64,000 nucleotides of DNA, from the NCBI GenBank assembly GCA_029979565.1, contig JAPOHG010000005.1:93-64092 (forward strand). Reading direction: 5' to 3'. The notes below the pieces were generated by a model, which had not been told where the DNA came from, made no database searches, and saw only the letters and a list, made by a program, of their open reading frames with translations. Positions 1 to 8,496 of the stretch are shown piece after piece. The stretch comes from a bacterium (GTDB lineage: Bacteria > Bacteroidota > Bacteroidia > Flavobacteriales_D > Sanyastnellaceae). Position 1 is the first letter of the stretch. The number at the start of each line of letters is the position of its first letter. Position numbers and translations under genes: made by a program.

Positions 1-27
1 AACGTATCGTACAGGTACTACCGAACC

Positions 28-669
28 ATGAAGTACCGCCAGCCGGTTCGCTTCACGGTCCAACTCCCCGACGGGTCCATCGTCATCGACGAGGTATTGA
101 CTTCTTCGGAAGATTTCACAACCTACACGTCAGATAAGTACACCAGCAAGTCTGCGTTGAACAAGGCGTGGAACTTAACGGCCGTCAACAGCCGATTGAG
201 CCAAATGTCAGTAGAGGCCGGCTGCATCGCCATCAACAGCATCCTCAACGACCGGTTTTGCTTCTCGAAGAAGACGCGTCCGATGACCATCTACCACGCC
301 AAGACGAAAAAGAAGGTGGATTACACGGACTTGAACAACGCCGCGTTGGACATGAAAATGGCCATTGAGAAGTACCTCGATCGGCCGGAAGAGTCAGCTG
401 AAGGCATCCGTGCGTGTGTGGCGGTTTGGGAACAGGTGTTGACCGAAGCAGACTTCGACGACAAGAAGGCGCGCATCAATGCCAAGATGGCCGGCTTGCT
501 CTACCTCAATTTGATCAACGCCAATATCTGGCTTGAGGACTATGACCGCGTGGATGCATTATTTGACGAGATGCGCCGGTTGGACGTCAAGAAGAGCGCC
601 GAAGGCACGGCCGACGGTCTGGACACCTTTGCAGAAGACCAACGCCGCCGCAAGGAAGTGAATTCCTGA
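28..669 (+). CDS. hypothetical protein (may be 5'-truncated by the window edge)
   Basis: 213-aa ORF. The frame has no stop between nt 1 and the ATG at 28. No motif recognised. Convergent with the next gene. Confidence 0.5.
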   Translation: MKYRQPVRFTVQLPDGSIVIDEVLTSSEDFTTYTSDKYTSKSALNKAWNLTAVNSRLSQMSVEAGCIAINSILNDRFCFSKKTRPMTIYHAKTKKKVDYTDLNNAALDMKMAIEKYLDRPEESAEGIRACVAVWEQVLTEADFDDKKARINAKMAGLLYLNLINANIWLEDYDRVDALFDEMRRLDVKKSAEGTADGLDTFAEDQRRRKEVNS

Positions 670-688
670 TGCAGACCTATGTTCAGCT

Positions 689-3600
689 CTACCGCTGAAC
701 CACAAGCTTATTGCTGATTGGCCCGGAACGCACAATGTAGATGCCTTCGGGCCAATTTTTTGTCGAAAGGACAGGCGTTTGGCGGACTGTAAAAGCGATC
801 GCATCCATGGCTGCCACCAACCTCCCGCGGGCGTCAAATACCTCAATGCCATGGCCCGGAAGCGGCTCGCATTGGAACGAGGCTGTGGCGGGATTGGGCC
901 AAAGGTTCAAGGACCGGTTGGCATAGACGACATCAAACGCACCGAGGCTTTCGCTGAAGGTGGATTCGGTTTCAGCCGTGCAGCCGTCGAAGTAGACAAC
1001 GGCATGGTAATCGCCGGCCTCACCCGGCCACCACGTAGCGTCGGTACCGATCCACGCACCGTCAAGGTACCACGCTACCGAGTCCACGTAAGGGATGTTC
1101 TCCGTGGTGATTTCCAGTCCATTGGAGGTGGAGGCAATGGCGGCTGTGGCGTCGTCAGGGCAGGGGATGAAGCGCGCTCGGTAGAGGTCGCTGGAATGCA
1201 AAGCGACTTCGTTGAGCTTTTCGAATTCCGCCATGTCGCCGGATTCGACATGGGCATTCACGACCCATTTTTCGAAGAGGTACCCCGGTTGGGCGATGGC
1301 TTCGATTTCGACCGGGCAGTCCTCGAAGTAAATGCCGTCCCAGGGCAGCGGTCCAGGGGTGATGGTGTTGATGCGCACCAAGCCGGTCAAAGGCGGGAAG
1401 ACATCCAACGTGCATTCGTGATCGTTGGACAGGTTGAAACTCGACATCAGGTGGTTTCGGGAGGTGCCGACCCGCTGCTCATTGTGGTTGATCATGTTGT
1501 TCACCGCATTGAGCCAGGCGGCATAGGACCCGGGAGAGTCCCACCGCTCGATGTGGTGGGGCATGGCTGATTCGATTTGATTGACCGCAATCGTGGTTTG
1601 CGTATTAAAGGCCCACGGTTGGAAAATGGTGTTTACCAGATCGGCGTACCGATTGATGAACCGGTGGCGGAATTCCCAGTTGTCCAGCACGTGGTCGAAC
1701 AGGTTGCTGTGCACGTTGGGCGAGTTGGGATAGCGGGCGTTTTCGATGTAATTCTGGTACACATTCGCGCCAAAAAATCCGAGCCCCGCATCGGTATCGT
1801 ACAGCAAGTATTCCCATTTGTGCTCCTCCGATGCCCGGAAAATCTTGACGTTGTTCAGTCCCCAGGCGATGCCCATCCAATCGGTGTTTTGGATGTATGT
1901 CTGGAGCACGAAATAGTCGATGTAGTTCTCCACATCAATCAGCGCCGCGAAGAGCGGGAAGAAACTCTGGCTTGAGGTAGAGGTGGATTGAATCTGGTTG
2001 GCGTGGGTAAAGAACGGCGTGTCTTCTCCCCACAGCGCGCCCCCGGGACCAATCAGGTCCACGTCGTCCTTATCGGTGCCGTATTCGAATGCGATGCTGT
2101 GCTCATCGAATTTCTCCCGGGCACCGTACAGCCCCCAATACTCCCCGTTGAGGTAGAGGTGCGCTGGTTGCCAGGCACCTGCTACGATGTGGGTTTGCAT
2201 GGCGATGCGGTTGATCAGGGCGTCTTGCATTTTGGTGGCCCAGCTGTGCTGCCCGCCGTTGCGCAAATTGATGTTGTTGAACGTGTTGCTTTCGGGTTTG
2301 TCCGGGAACAAATTCCAGTCAAAGTTGCCCGTGTATTCGTTTTTGAAATCCAATCGGAACGAACGCTGGGGCTCGGCACGCGACCAGCCGCCGTGGATTT
2401 CGAGGTCGAGGTTCTCGCGTAACTGCAGCGCTCCTTCGGCATCAAAAAACTGCATGCGGGCGAAGCGAGACCACGGTTGCCAGAAGTTGGCACCAAAGTG
2501 GGGGTATTCGCCGGATGCATTGGGCCCCATGACGTAGATACCGGTGTCCCAGTCCCACAAGTCGTCTTCGTTCACCAGGATGGAAAACGTTGGGATGTCC
2601 GGCTGAAATTCATCGATGATGTAGACCTCATCTTGGACGTTGCTGGGCAATTCCGATTCTCCATCGTCCCACACCCGAACGCTCAAGCATGTGGTTTCGT
2701 CAAAGGTCAATCCGCTTTCTGGATAGACCGGAGAAGACGTGGTGGGCAGGTCGCCGTTGGTGGTGTAACGAGCGGTGTAGCCAGTGGTTGTGCTTGCGAT
2801 GCCCACGGCAAGTTCGCCATCGTACCATCCCGAGGGGACGGTCAAGAGCGGTGCAGAAGCAATGCCGGTGTAGCAGACCGTTCCTTGATTCGCTTCACCC
2901 GGGGTGGGAGCATCGAAGATGCACCAGTCCTCCGTCTCGCCCTCGAGGCGTCCTACAGAGTATCCGGCTTGCAATTCAGGATGGATCGGCAAGGCATCGA
3001 CCACATTGCCGTTGGCATCCGTGAGAACCACGGATTCACCTGTGCTCAATTGAAACGGCACGTGGCAATACCCTTCAAATTCTGGCCACCACGTTGGCGG
3101 TTGTGACCAGTCCTCCAGCGCACCGTCCTTTCGGGTCAACCCCAAAAACGGACGAATGCTCAAGTCCGAGGACTGGGCATTGAAGTTGTGTACTTGCACG
3201 GAAAACACGTTGGTTCCCTCCACCAACCAAGGCTCGAATTCTTCAGCGCTCCAGATGTGCTGCTCGGGTTGACCGCCGGCGTAAAGCACCGCTTCGATGT
3301 AGGCTGTGGCGAAGTCCCCTACAATCCCTTGCAGCCCCAACATGTTGGAGGAGCGGGCGATTTCAAATCCATTCAAAAACGCAATGTACCCGTCGTCGAA
3401 GTCAATCCCGAGTGAGAGGTAACCGTAATCTTCTGTACTCGTTATTTCGAATTCTTTGCGCAGGAAAATCCAATCGGCATTGGGCACGATGGTGACGTCG
3501 TCGTTGTCTCCATAACCGAATCCGCCCGGACCGGTGAACCACGAAGCGGCGTCAAAGCCCGGATAGCGCCAGCCATTGGCAATGGGAGCTGTGGGAACCA

Positions 3601-3940
3601 AGTACTGCCACTCATCGCCTTCAACGGCGGGGCAACGCCAGTTTTCGGGCAGGTAGGTGCGGTCTTCGCCGGAAGCGAGGATCAGGAGCCGTTCACCCGC
3701 ATCCAAGGTGATGTTCGGCAGCGGCACAGCACCATCCGTTGAAAAGTCGTCGTTGAGTGCAAACGACCCGAGCTCAACCGATTCAGCGCCATCGTTTCGC
3801 AATTCAATCCAATCGGACGTTTCGCCTTGAATGTCAGCAACGCCATTGTGGGCCGAAACCTCCGAAATGGTGACTTGTGAGCCAGCGATATGGACAACCA
3901 GCACGCCGATTGAGGCGAGTAAACTTCTCTGCAAATGCAT
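689..3940 (-). CDS. secreted CotH-family protein with N-terminal lamin-tail domain (LTD) and T9SS type-A C-terminal sorting domain
   Basis: Start trimmed to the ATG at 3940 (MHLQRSLLASIGVLVV signal-like N-terminus). LTD signature SDWIELRNDGAESVELGSFAL. CotH-like core strings SFRLDFKNEY, NINLRNGGQHSW, YIQNTDW. C-terminus LWPNPATASF...GIYIVRSG...LVVQR is typical of T9SS CTDs. Confidence 0.8.
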   Translation of the reverse strand: MHLQRSLLASIGVLVVHIAGSQVTISEVSAHNGVADIQGETSDWIELRNDGAESVELGSFALNDDFSTDGAVPLPNITLDAGERLLILASGEDRTYLPENWRCPAVEGDEWQYLVPTAPIANGWRYPGFDAASWFTGPGGFGYGDNDDVTIVPNADWIFLRKEFEITSTEDYGYLSLGIDFDDGYIAFLNGFEIARSSNMLGLQGIVGDFATAYIEAVLYAGGQPEQHIWSAEEFEPWLVEGTNVFSVQVHNFNAQSSDLSIRPFLGLTRKDGALEDWSQPPTWWPEFEGYCHVPFQLSTGESVVLTDANGNVVDALPIHPELQAGYSVGRLEGETEDWCIFDAPTPGEANQGTVCYTGIASAPLLTVPSGWYDGELAVGIASTTTGYTARYTTNGDLPTTSSPVYPESGLTFDETTCLSVRVWDDGESELPSNVQDEVYIIDEFQPDIPTFSILVNEDDLWDWDTGIYVMGPNASGEYPHFGANFWQPWSRFARMQFFDAEGALQLRENLDLEIHGGWSRAEPQRSFRLDFKNEYTGNFDWNLFPDKPESNTFNNINLRNGGQHSWATKMQDALINRIAMQTHIVAGAWQPAHLYLNGEYWGLYGAREKFDEHSIAFEYGTDKDDVDLIGPGGALWGEDTPFFTHANQIQSTSTSSQSFFPLFAALIDVENYIDYFVLQTYIQNTDWMGIAWGLNNVKIFRASEEHKWEYLLYDTDAGLGFFGANVYQNYIENARYPNSPNVHSNLFDHVLDNWEFRHRFINRYADLVNTIFQPWAFNTQTTIAVNQIESAMPHHIERWDSPGSYAAWLNAVNNMINHNEQRVGTSRNHLMSSFNLSNDHECTLDVFPPLTGLVRINTITPGPLPWDGIYFEDCPVEIEAIAQPGYLFEKWVVNAHVESGDMAEFEKLNEVALHSSDLYRARFIPCPDDATAAIASTSNGLEITTENIPYVDSVAWYLDGAWIGTDATWWPGEAGDYHAVVYFDGCTAETESTFSESLGAFDVVYANRSLNLWPNPATASFQCEPLPGHGIEVFDARGRLVAAMDAIAFTVRQTPVLSTKNWPEGIYIVRSGPISNKLVVQR

Positions 3941-4083
3941 GGATGAAAGATAAGCGGAACGAAGACCGGATTTCAACTCTACATCACATTTTGGGAACAA
4001 CGCGGCCCTAGCGCAGCTATGTTGACAATTAAATCGCAGCGCACAAGTGTGATAACGTTCACATTTTGATACATTTAGGCTGA

Positions 4084-7000
4084 ATGAAACGAGTAAACAT
4101 GCTGAATATCACAACCAAAACCGCAGCCATCGCTTTCGCGGCGTTGCTGGCCTTTGCTGGAAACAGCTTCGCCCAACGCACGTGTGGCTCCATGGAAATC
4201 TTGGAGATGCAAATCCAAGAAGACCCGAAACGAGGCGAGACACTGGATCAAATCGAAGCGCATACGCTGGCGATTGAGACCTCCGGCGAACGGAATGTCA
4301 ATGGCGTTATAACAATTCCTGTGGTCGTGCACGTCATCTACAACAATTCAACAGAGAACATTTCCGACGCGCAGATCTTCTCGCAAATCCAAGTGCTGAA
4401 CGATGACTTCCGGCGGTTCAACGCCGATGCGGACGATACTTGGTCTCAGGCAGCGGATTCGGAAATTGAATTCTGCATGGCCACATCGGATCCGAATGGC
4501 AACCCCACGGATGGCATTCTCCGCGTCCCGACTTCGGTCAGCGCATTTGGCACGAATGACGAGATGAAGTTTACTTCCTCAGGCGGTTCGGATGCATGGC
4601 CGGCAAGCGACTACTTAAACATGTGGGTGTGTGACATCAGCGGAGGCATCCTCGGTTACGCGCAATTCCCTGGCGGCTCGTCTGCCACGGATGGTGTGGT
4701 GTGCGATTATCAGTACTTCGGTACGGTTGGCGTAGCTACAGCACCATTTGACGGGGGACGCACCACCACGCACGAAGTGGGTCACTGGCTGAACTTGCGA
4801 CACATTTGGGGCGATGGCAATTGCAACGCCGATGACTTTGTTGCCGACACGCCAAGTTCCGACGGCCCCAATTACGGATGTGCAGTCGGCACCGTTTCCT
4901 GCAGTTCAACCGATATGGTGCAGAACTACATGGATTACTCGGATGATGCGTGCATGAACCTCTACACCGTCGGCCAGAAGAACCGCATGCGTGCCCTCTT
5001 CGAAAGCGGAGGGTACCGTTCGAGCTTGCTCAATTCTCAAGCGTGCGGACCCGTGGTGCCTGCCACGTGTGACGATGGAATCCAGAATGGCGACGAAACG
5101 GGGATTGATTGCGGCGGAAGCAATTGTGAGCCATGCGTTTGCCACGGCGTTGAGGTCACGGTGACGTTGAATTTTGACAATTATCCGGAAGAAACCTCAT
5201 GGCAGATCAGCAATGGCAGTGGGGTGGTCGCCTCAGGTGGGACCTATCCAACAGCACCTGATGGCTCAACTTTGACCATTACCGAATGCCTGCCAGAAGC
5301 CTGCTACACGTTTACCATATTCGACTCCTATGGCGATGGCATATGCTGTGGCTATGGCTCAGGATCGTACGCGGTGACGGATGAATTTGGAAATGAATTG
5401 GCTTCAGGTGCCTCTTTTGGTTCCAGCGAAGCCACGGAGTTCTGTGTTTCCGGACCCACCGAGCCAACCTGTGATGACGGTATCCAGAACGGGGATGAGA
5501 CGGGTGTAGATTGCGGCGGTTCGTGCGCAGCTTGCCCAACCTGTGACGACGGCATTCAGAATGGCGACGAGACCGGTGTTGATTGCGGCGGTTCGTGCGC
5601 GGCTTGTCCAACGTGTGACGACGGCATCCAAAACGGCGACGAGACCGGCGTTGATTGCGGCGGTTCGTGCGCGGCTTGTCCAACGTGCGACGACGGCATC
5701 CAAAACGGCGACGAGACCGGCGTTGACTGCGGCGGTTCGTGCACCTCTTGTGGATGCAACGGAGTAGAAGTCACAGTAACCATCAATCTGGATAACTACC
5801 CCGAAGAAACGTCCTGGCAAATCACAGGGAGTTCTGGTGTAATTGCTTCTGGCGGGACGTATCCAACTGCTCCTGACGGATCAACCGTAACATCCACGGA
5901 ATGCCTCTCCGATGGATGCTATACCTTCACCGTTTTCGACAGCTATGGCGACGGCCTGTGTTGCAGTTACGGCTCAGGTTCGTATTCGGTCGAGGATGCG
6001 TCGGGTACGACCTATGCGTCGGGAGCCTCTTTTGGCTCGAGCGAATCGACCAATTTCTGTGTTTCGTCTACAGGACCGCAACCGACATGCGACGATGGCA
6101 TTCAGAATGGCGATGAGACTGGAGTTGATTGCGGTGGATCTTGTGCACCCTGCGCTACCTGCGACGACGGCATCCAAAACGGTGACGAGACGGGCATTGA
6201 CTGCGGTGGCTCGTGTGCTGCTTGCGCCACGTGCGATGACGGTGTCCAAAACGGTGACGAGACGGGCATCGATTGTGGAGGCTCGTGTGCTCCTTGTGCG
6301 ACATGCGACGATGGTATTTTGAATGGAGATGAGACGGGCATTGATTGCGGTGGATCCTGCCCGGCATGCATTAGCTGCAACGACGGCATCCAAAACGGAG
6401 ACGAGACTGGAGTCGATTGCGGTGGGTCATGTGCGCCGTGCGCCACGTGCGATGACGGTGTTCAAAACGGTGACGAGACGGGTGTCGATTGTGGAGGCTC
6501 GTGTGCTGCCTGCGCTACCTGTGATGACGGCATTCAAAACGGTGACGAGACCGGTGTGGACTGCGGTGGCTCGTGTGCTGCCTGCGCTACCTGCGATGAC
6601 GGCATACAGAACGGTGACGAAACCGGTGTTGACTGCGGTGGATCATGTGACCCATGTGAAACCGGTCCATGTTCGTATGGAGTGATCAACACCGCCAACT
6701 TTGAAGGAGGTTTCGGCATTTGGAACGATGGCGGTTCGGACTGCAGAAGGAGCCGGAACGACAGGGCCTACGCGAATGGAACCTTCTGTGTTCGGATTCG
6801 GGACAACACCTCATCGTCGCGGACCTATACTGACCCACTGGACCTTGCGGGATACGAGGAATTGACTGTCAATTTCCGTTACGTCACGGCGAGCATGGAA
6901 AACGGCAAAGATTTCTGGGTGCGCATCTCGACCAACGGCGGGGCTTCATTCACAACGGTGGCGACGTATGTATCCGGTGTTGACTTCAACAATGGACCAG

Positions 7001-7446
7001 TGTACAACAGTGAGGTGGTCATACCCGGGCCGTTCTCATCATCAACGGTTGTTCAATTCCAATGTGATGCAGGTAATAACGGAGACCGTGTCTACCTGGA
7101 TGACATCGAGATTTCGGGCTGTGTCGTTGGAGGACGATGGTCGGATGCGATTCCGGTTTGGGACCAAGCCGATGCGGCTCAGTACAATCCTTTCCAGCAA
7201 TTGAATGTATACCCCAACCCAGCTGACGACGCGGTTCAATTGGCCTTCTACCTCGACGTAGACGGCAGCTACGAGATCGGTGTCGTGGACCTGTTGGGAC
7301 GCCAATTGCTGCATGAACAGCGCACGCAAACGGCGGGCGAACAGTTGTTTAAAATTCCAACGGCGGATTGGTCGGAGGGCACCTACATCTTGTACTTGCG
7401 ATCGAAAGACGGGTCGGCCTCTCGCCGCTTCATCATTCAGCGATAA
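4084..7446 (+). CDS. M43 (pappalysin/cytophagalysin-type) zinc metalloprotease with 13 Cys-rich 24-aa modules, two ~105-aa GDGxCC modules, a MAM-like region and a T9SS type-A CTD
   Basis: Signal peptide (AFAALLAFAGNSFAQ). HEVGHWLNLRHIWGD zinc motif plus NYMDYS Met-turn. Repeats TCDDGIQNGDETG[VI]DCGGSC..C. C-terminal VYPNPADDAVQLAF...GTYILYLRS...FIIQR. Confidence 0.88.
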   Translation: MKRVNMLNITTKTAAIAFAALLAFAGNSFAQRTCGSMEILEMQIQEDPKRGETLDQIEAHTLAIETSGERNVNGVITIPVVVHVIYNNSTENISDAQIFSQIQVLNDDFRRFNADADDTWSQAADSEIEFCMATSDPNGNPTDGILRVPTSVSAFGTNDEMKFTSSGGSDAWPASDYLNMWVCDISGGILGYAQFPGGSSATDGVVCDYQYFGTVGVATAPFDGGRTTTHEVGHWLNLRHIWGDGNCNADDFVADTPSSDGPNYGCAVGTVSCSSTDMVQNYMDYSDDACMNLYTVGQKNRMRALFESGGYRSSLLNSQACGPVVPATCDDGIQNGDETGIDCGGSNCEPCVCHGVEVTVTLNFDNYPEETSWQISNGSGVVASGGTYPTAPDGSTLTITECLPEACYTFTIFDSYGDGICCGYGSGSYAVTDEFGNELASGASFGSSEATEFCVSGPTEPTCDDGIQNGDETGVDCGGSCAACPTCDDGIQNGDETGVDCGGSCAACPTCDDGIQNGDETGVDCGGSCAACPTCDDGIQNGDETGVDCGGSCTSCGCNGVEVTVTINLDNYPEETSWQITGSSGVIASGGTYPTAPDGSTVTSTECLSDGCYTFTVFDSYGDGLCCSYGSGSYSVEDASGTTYASGASFGSSESTNFCVSSTGPQPTCDDGIQNGDETGVDCGGSCAPCATCDDGIQNGDETGIDCGGSCAACATCDDGVQNGDETGIDCGGSCAPCATCDDGILNGDETGIDCGGSCPACISCNDGIQNGDETGVDCGGSCAPCATCDDGVQNGDETGVDCGGSCAACATCDDGIQNGDETGVDCGGSCAACATCDDGIQNGDETGVDCGGSCDPCETGPCSYGVINTANFEGGFGIWNDGGSDCRRSRNDRAYANGTFCVRIRDNTSSSRTYTDPLDLAGYEELTVNFRYVTASMENGKDFWVRISTNGGASFTTVATYVSGVDFNNGPVYNSEVVIPGPFSSSTVVQFQCDAGNNGDRVYLDDIEISGCVVGGRWSDAIPVWDQADAAQYNPFQQLNVYPNPADDAVQLAFYLDVDGSYEIGVVDLLGRQLLHEQRTQTAGEQLFKIPTADWSEGTYILYLRSKDGSASRRFIIQR
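5065..5136 (+). repeat. copy 1 of the 72-bp (24-aa) four-cysteine coding repeat
   Basis: TCDDGIQNGDETGIDCGGSNCEPC, in frame inside the M43 gene. Confidence 0.9.
5467..5754 (+). repeat. tandem array of 4 x 72-bp coding repeats (copies 2-5)
   Basis: Four head-to-tail TCDDGIQNGDETGVDCGGSCAACP units. Copies 3-5 are almost identical at the DNA level. Confidence 0.95.
6085..6660 (+). repeat. tandem array of 8 x 72-bp coding repeats (copies 6-13)
   Basis: Eight head-to-tail units of [TS]C[DN]DG[IV][QL]NGDETG[VI]DCGGSC..C., in frame. Confidence 0.95.
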
Positions 7447-7464
7447 GCCAGAAAGAACAAATCG

Positions 7465-7497
7465 AAAAGGCCAAGGACCACTACCTTGGCCTTTTCT
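7465..7497 (+). terminator. rho-independent terminator after the M43 gene
   Basis: AAAAGGCCAAGG-accacta-CCTTGGCCTTTT hairpin followed by a T-rich tail, 19 nt after the TAA at 7444-7446. Confidence 0.8.
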
Positions 7498-7503
7498 GTG
7501 CGC

Positions 7504-8472
7504 ATGCGTTTCATTTTCCACACCTTCCTTCTCGCATCTGTAGCCATTGGGTTAGGGGCTTGCTCAGCGGACGATGCACCGAGTGCACCAATGACGGAGC
7601 AGGCTGGTCCGATCCTGCAAATCTTGGGTACCCTTCAAGACGGCGGTGCACCTCACATTGGCTGCAACCGGCCGTGCTGCCGCAACCTGTTCTTGCGGCC
7701 GGCCACAGACCGGAAAGTCGTGTGCCTGGGAGTGACAGACACCAACGCTGAGGGTGAACGGGTCGGGGCGCTGTTTGAGGCGACTCCGGACTTTCCATCG
7801 CAGTTGCAGGCCTTCCAATCCGACTGGGACATCCCATTGGATCGGTTGTCTGTGTTTTTGACCCATGCCCACATCGGCCACTACAGCGGGTTGATGTTTT
7901 TGGGGCGCGAAGCATTGGGGGCGAACCATGTGGATGTGTGGACCATGCCTCGTTTCAGGGATTTCCTCATCAGCAACGGGCCGTGGAGCCAGTTGGTGGA
8001 GCTGGGAAACATTCGTTTGAACAGCCTGACCGAGCTGCAGCCTGTTTCCATCGGTGAATCCGTGCGTGTCGTGCCCCTTCGTGTTCCGCACCGGGACGAA
8101 TATTCAGAGACCGTGGGTTATCGCATCGTGGGACCGCACAAGGCGGCCTTGTTCATTCCAGACATCAACAAATGGGACGTATGGGAGCGTCGGCTCGAGG
8201 AGGAGTTGGCGAAGGTGGATTATGCCTTTCTCGATGCGACGTTTTACGATGCAGAGGAGGTGGGATACCGCGACATGGCAGAAATCCCGCACCCGTTCAT
8301 CGTCGAGACCATGCAGCGCCTCGGCGGGTTGCCGTCATCCGAAAAAGCCAAGGTGCACTTCATACACCTCAACCACACCAATCCGTGTTTGGACACCACG
8401 TCACAGGCGTACCGGTCGGTGGTGGCATCTGGTTTTCAGATCGCTCGCTTCGGACAAACCCTCCCTATGTGA
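7504..8472 (+). CDS. MBL-fold metallo-hydrolase lipoprotein (PqqB-like)
   Basis: The track start (TTG 7486) lies inside the terminator stem, so the start is moved to ATG 7504 (MRFIFHTFLLASVAIGLGAC, lipobox-like). Contains VFLTHAHIGHYSGLMFLGRE and a C-terminal HFIHLNHTNP motif. Confidence 0.65.
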   Translation: MRFIFHTFLLASVAIGLGACSADDAPSAPMTEQAGPILQILGTLQDGGAPHIGCNRPCCRNLFLRPATDRKVVCLGVTDTNAEGERVGALFEATPDFPSQLQAFQSDWDIPLDRLSVFLTHAHIGHYSGLMFLGREALGANHVDVWTMPRFRDFLISNGPWSQLVELGNIRLNSLTELQPVSIGESVRVVPLRVPHRDEYSETVGYRIVGPHKAALFIPDINKWDVWERRLEEELAKVDYAFLDATFYDAEEVGYRDMAEIPHPFIVETMQRLGGLPSSEKAKVHFIHLNHTNPCLDTTSQAYRSVVASGFQIARFGQTLPM

Positions 8473-8496
8473 GGAATTCGTGACTACCTTGTAGGA

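Noticed and set aside
681-700. Hairpin GTTCAGC-tctacc-GCTGAAC between the first two convergent genes as a terminator
   Set aside because: It has no flanking T/A runs and overlaps the last codons of the CotH gene. It may still act as a weak bidirectional terminator but is not well enough supported to list as a feature.
5467-6660. Possible CRISPR array because of regularly spaced repeats
   Set aside because: The units are directly tandem with no unique spacers. They are 72 bp, in frame, and encode a conserved Cys-rich peptide. No cas genes or leader are present.
5312-6719. Multiple periodic ORFs on both strands inside the M43 repeat arrays (e.g. 5312-5683, 5404-5820, 5543-5767, 5974-6393, 6102-6446, 6323-6685)
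   Set aside because: Their internal periodicity only mirrors the 72-bp coding repeat of the M43 gene. Only the frame that gives the Cys-rich module is continuous with the protease domain and the T9SS CTD.
7504-8472. Evidence for a PQQ biosynthesis locus
   Set aside because: Only a PqqB-like MBL protein is present, and it has a lipoprotein signal. No pqqA/C/D/E-like ORFs are nearby, so a PQQ operon call is not supported.
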